DNA of 49,410 nucleotides, from positions 1-49,410 of the forward strand of contig JAAPAO010000229.1 in NCBI GenBank assembly GCA_013115145.1. Reading direction: 5' to 3'. A program made the translations under genes and the position numbers. Below, in pieces: positions 44,501 to 49,410 of this stretch. The notes under the pieces are model-generated. The model saw nothing but the letters and a program-made list of their open reading frames with translations. It searched no databases and was not told the DNA's origin. Source of the DNA: Perkinsus chesapeaki ATCC PRA-425 (Eukaryota; Protista; Perkinsozoa). Each line of letters starts with the position of its first letter. The first letter of the stretch is position 1.

Positions 44501-45752
44501 CGCCATTACTACCACCACTGCCATCCCAGTTACGACGACCTCCACCTGAAAGATATCATCCAGTTGCACTCTTAGCAACACACAAGGCCCTACAAGTGGC
44601 AATATACCATACGAATGGTAAGATATATTATATGTTAGCGTTTAGTTGTTTATTACCTATATAACCATCTGATAGGTTAAGCCAAAGATTCTCCCTGTCT
44701 CCGGACTTCTCACAATACCAATCAGATGGATTAGGGCTGATCTTCTTAGTCACCTCCTCCTGTGGTAAATCATTAGCGTATCTTTTAACAGCATCAATAA
44801 CCAGCATGAAGCTAATAATATCTTTACTTGCTAACAGCTCGTTCCTCCTCTCCAGCTTCCCATGCCATCACAGCAGCTTGGTCCTCCGCACCTTTATGGT
44901 CTATAATGGCTAATACAGTTTGGCCCATCACTTGAGGTAAGTCCGATAGTTCATCCAAAGGCAAATAAAACCATTCAGCTTCCAACTTCGGCTTGCCTTC
45001 TACACATGGAACCACTGCTATCTGGTACTCCTAAGAATATTGAGGAGGAGCTGGAGAGGGAATTCAAAGGTCTATGGTGAGGATACTATATCCCTGTAGT
45101 ACAACAGCAGATATACCAATTCTAGGAGGAGGAGGAGGTTTCCTATTCTCACCTTATACCCTCAGTAGTGCTCTTCGTATCACAAAGAAGACAATCAAAT
45201 GACCATATAGCGTTAGACATCCGTTCCCGTCAGCAGCAGCATTACATTTTCTTTCAGTATCCTCCTTATTACCTTAACCTCATCATAGTCCTTTCCACCA
45301 TCAAAACCGCCCTCCACTCCAACTGCCAGCTTAGTAGGCTCCTCCCCTTCCTCATCCTTCCTTTTAGGGACCTATCATCCCACCTCAACAACACCAACAG
45401 CCCACTCAAATGCAGCAGCAGCAGTAGTTGCTACCAAAGTAGTGTTAATATGCAAATACACCACAGCCTTTGCCGTCTCATGCCTCGCCACATCAACATC
45501 AACGAATGGCTTGCCGTATCCCTTCCAGCCATTCTCCAACGACACGTATAACCCTTCCTTAGGGAATAACGGTGTATCCATCGACATAACACAGCAATCG
45601 TTATGTACTGTATTACTTGGCTCTGGCACCTAATATATAAATACCATACCACAGCAGTGTATGGTATCCTCTTCCTCCACCACCACCACCACCTTTATCA
45701 AGCCTAGACTGGCGTATCCCCTAACCAACTCGAGTGTCTTATCTCGAGACAT
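41546..45752 (-). CDS. USP5: Ubiquitin C-terminal hydrolase USP5/USP13/UBP14 (isopeptidase T), multi-exon
   Basis: N-terminal [19 protein letters not shown]; Zn[36 protein letters not shown]; Cys box [16 protein letters not shown]; two UBA domains ([38 protein letters not shown]); His box SHGHYVCH...[10 protein letters not shown]...GYIYLYKR. Confidence 0.93.
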
Positions 45753-46070
45753 TATTATATTGGAAAGCCCTTTAACGACATCAGCATTTAACGACTCTTA
45801 ACCCAACAACAACACAGAGGAGGAGGAGAAAGCAGTGATGACTCTAGTAGAAAGTGGTGGTGACCAAGTAGCAAACATCATCACCTACTGCTGCTGCCTG
45901 TAGTGACTTACGTCACATTATCTCCCACAATACGAGGAGGAAATGACAAGGCCTATTGAGGCCTCCTTTAGCAGCAGCAGCAGTTTAAGCATGATGGTGA
46001 CACTTGCTTCACGACAGTAGCAGCAGCAGTAATAATAAGGATTATAACAAACTCGGAAAGGGCCTGCTTC

Positions 46071-48121
46071 TTAAGGGGTGAGACGCTTAGGGTCACGAGG
46101 GAACATTGAGGCGAATCTGAACAAGATTCACACTCACCTCACCGGCACTATATCGCTACTTACCTGATATTGGGGAGGCCGAGGAATAACATAACCACAC
46201 GTTCAAGGCCAACACCTGCACCAGCATGAGGCCATGAACCATACTTGAAAGCATCAATATAGGGTTGGATGGTCGATAGCTCAACACCAAGACGCTGAGC
46301 CTTCTCAGCCAACATATTAGCATCATGGATACGTTGGGCTCCAGAAGTGACCTCCTCACCACGAATGAATATATCATATGAGTTGGTCCACTTGGGATTC
46401 TCAGGATCGGGCATGGTATAGAAGGGACGGACAGATGCAGGGAACTTATCAATGATGTAGAAACTGATAGAAAAACCGTAAAATAGCACCATCGTCGACC
46501 AACTACTCCCTACTCAGTGTTATAAAGATCATGCATAATCCTTCCAAGAAGCTTCTCATCGCTGGTGCCCATATCCTCATCCTCTTCATGCTTCACAACA
46601 GTGGCCAAATGCTCCTCGATTTCCTCAACACGCTTTGTCTCACCAAGCTTTCTGTAATGGGCAAGATCACGTTCCAGCTGAAATTATAAAACATGCAAAC
46701 ACTATTATAACTACTCATTTTCCTCCCTACATAAGCGGGACCTTCCTTTCTGAGGATGCCCATTGCTTGAGCAAATGTGAACCGATTGCATGGCTTGGTC
46801 CAGATAAGGTCCTGGAAGGGATACTGGGCTCTCACAGCCTCAAGCTCAGACGAGAATCTCTCATTGAGTCCATGGAAGATATGATCGAATGTGCCATCAA
46901 TAACATCCAAGACTTCATGATAGTTATCGGTAAAGCGCATCTCCATATCAAGACCAACGAACTCGGTCATGTGTCGATGTGTGAGAGACTTCTCAGCGCG
47001 GAAAACAGGCCCGATCTCGAAAACTCCGGGAAGATCGGTCATGAGAGCCATTTGCTTGTAAAGCTGAGGTGACTGGGCCAAATAGGCGTTGCGGTCGAAG
47101 TACTCAACCTTGAACACATCGGCACCACCCTCGGATGCTGCACCCAAAAGCTTTGGAGTGTGAATCTCAACCAGACCTTGCTTGATAAGATACTCCCTGA
47201 TCAACAAAGATGTCACGAATCAACCTAAGATATTTCAGAGGTTACCTGAATAGCATAGAGACCCCCGATTGTATTCTGAGGATGGCCTGATTAGCCTTTG
47301 TCCTCAAATCGATGACTCTGTTATCCAGACGAGTATCCAATGACACTCTAGCACCCTCACCAGCCTCAATCTCAGCTTCAGTCCTAAACCATAGCTTTAT
47401 TATTAACAGGAAGCTTTCATACCGCTCTCACCTTTCCAAGTCTTCAAATTGAAGAGGTAGGGCTTCTGCTCGAGAGATGCAGTAGATCCTCTCTGCTTGC
47501 AATTCGACCTCAGACTGAGTTGTCGATCGAATGGGCTCCTCAGGCACGGTCACCGAACCATAAAGATCAACGACAGACTCCTTTGTAAGGTTGCCGGCGA
47601 ACTTTGCTATATCGCTGCCGTAGACGACAACTTGAACGGTACCAAGACCCTGTCTTAATGTGACAAAGGTCAACTTTCCACCCTGTTTACGAGTGTTCTG
47701 ACACCTTGCTCTAATCCAAACCTAATAAGAATAATCGATCGACAACCTAAACCACAGCCTAGCTCACCTTCTGATCCTTCATAGTGGCATCCAAATGAGT
47801 AACCTTAGTAAAGGTACGGCCAAGGGACTTCACTTGGGACTGGATGAAAGTATGACCAAATAGTTGTTCACCGTCAACCAAGTCCTTATATGGGACATCA
47901 GGACCTTCGAGACGACGCTTCTCCTCAGCTAGACGGGCTGCCTTTGCCTCCTCCTACATATAACACATCACCACACGAATTAGTTACATTCACTTCACCA
48001 CCACCTTCTGTCGCTTTGCTTCCTCTTTAGCACGCTTCTTTTCCAACTTAGCAAGCTCCTTTTCAGTCAACTCCTCTTGAGTTTTAGGGATCTGCTGCTG
48101 CTTATCTTCTGTACTAGACAT
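46071..48121 (-). CDS. DARS1: Aspartyl-tRNA synthetase, cytosolic type (multi-exon)
   Basis: Lys/Glu-rich N-extension; TFVTLRQG; [19 protein letters not shown]; [12 protein letters not shown]; [28 protein letters not shown]; [20 protein letters not shown]; GAGVGLERV; [11 protein letters not shown]. Confidence 0.96.
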
Positions 48122-48856
48122 TATCGTTCGTATGCCGGTAAAGGCCTTTAACAAGAACACATTTCCATATAAGCGCCAAGCCACTGCTGTGATCTACCTC
48201 CTCCCAATAAACCCTCTCTCGTCCCTGTAACAACCACTGCCCTACTAACTGAGGTGGTGGTCTTTTAAACCACCACAAACCACCAACAACAACCAAGTTA
48301 AAACGATTAAATACAGTACGTCCGAAATTAATTTTAATGATAACCCTGTATAAGCAGCATGCAAGCTAAAGGTCCCCGTCTAGTAGAAGAAAGAAACGCG
48401 CACGCCCAAACGATCGATTAAGATACGAACCGCGTACAAGAAATGGAGCGACAGACGGAAGGGTGATGAGCATTGAAGAACAATTGGTGTCTGTAACTCC
48501 GTCATGGTTCTTAAGCACTGAACATTCCTCGGGGATTTTAACTTACTTCTTCACTGAAAATCACATTAGAGCAAGCTTTCTTGATCTTGATCGGGGGGGG
48601 GGGAGAGAATTCACAAATTGCCGTTTACGTACTCGTACTGCATATCGTATATTGCTCCACGCTATTTTCGCTTAATGTAGGCCAAAGACTCAGTCATAGC
48701 ATTGAGTCAAGTGCAGTACTATCAACGCTCTGCAGTGAACTAAGAGAACTATCGAGGTTATTAACCACACACAGTTTATCCGGATATCCGTCGCCAACGC
48801 ACATTAGTCTTATCTACTACCCGATACGGACATGCTTTACACCAGCTTGCTAAATG

Positions 48857-49410
48857 CTAATATAAGAACATAGTGTTCCTGGTAGAATTTCGGCCATTTG
48901 TGCAAGGCTGAGGTTCAAGTTCTGGGAGATACGAGTTTAGGGCATCCAAACGTTTTGATTGACGAGAACCAGCGGCCGTCGTCGCGCGGGAGGAACCTTC
49001 CCGATTGCAATGTATTGCACAATGGAAATGCCGTATGATAATACGTTTGGCTAGAGCAGCAGCAGCATCCGACATTACGAATCTTGTAGCTGTGTTTCGA
49101 TAAACGTAAACTCTCTTGTTTATAATCTGTTGGCCTCTTTACTTTTTCGGGCCTACAGCATTTCACCTTCGGTAGATGTTCGGTTGAACTGATCCAAGTG
49201 TTACTAGTAGGAAGAGTACTCAATGGAAGTTGTGTGCGTCCCGCATGATTTTCTAATTGAACAGCAACCAGCAGATGATCCATTGAATCTGCGGTGGGTA
49301 TCTGCAAACATTGACTTCTCTTCAGTCCCCTCACTTTATACTCAATCCAACTCGACCAGTTCGAATGATACGTCTCTATATGGAGTGCTCGAAAGCCTTC
49401 ATGAAAACCG
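48857..49410 (-). CDS. Possible hypothetical gene, partial at the right edge
   Basis: Overlapping minus-strand ORFs (48915-49334, 48857-49075) with a candidate acceptor near 49305. No recognisable motif. Confidence 0.2.

Noticed and set aside
48591-48604. Poly-G run as a G-quadruplex regulatory element
   Set aside because: It is a single homopolymer run with no supporting context and may be length-unstable or a sequencing artefact.

Overview
Gene-dense, intron-rich eukaryotic DNA. It has short GT-AG introns and standard stop codons, and no rRNA, CRISPR array or recognisable transposon ORF. Gene style and content suggest a perkinsid alveolate (Perkinsus-like); this is inference, not a database result. 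The centre of the window (10.4-28.8 kb, minus strand) is a tandem array of three complete pyruvate:NADP+ oxidoreductase (PNO) genes. Each is a PFOR + flavodoxin + FNR/cytochrome-P450-reductase fusion with a mitochondrial-type presequence. They carry 0, 1 and 3 introns, all at the extreme 5' end, and share patches of nucleotide identity that look like gene conversion. An SLC19-family (thiamine/reduced-folate) transporter lies head-to-head with the third copy, 360 bp away, which suggests a cofactor-supply locus for this TPP-dependent enzyme. The left flank holds GOT1, an ATPase-domain-only HSPA13/STCH-like Hsp70 and several orphan multi-exon genes. The right flank is a run of seven co-oriented, tightly packed minus-strand housekeeping genes: proteasome beta1, a family-16 methyltransferase, RVB1, CCDC12/cwf18, COG7, USP5/UBP14 and cytosolic AspRS. 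Exon models were reconstructed by eye, so internal boundaries and some ends are approximate.
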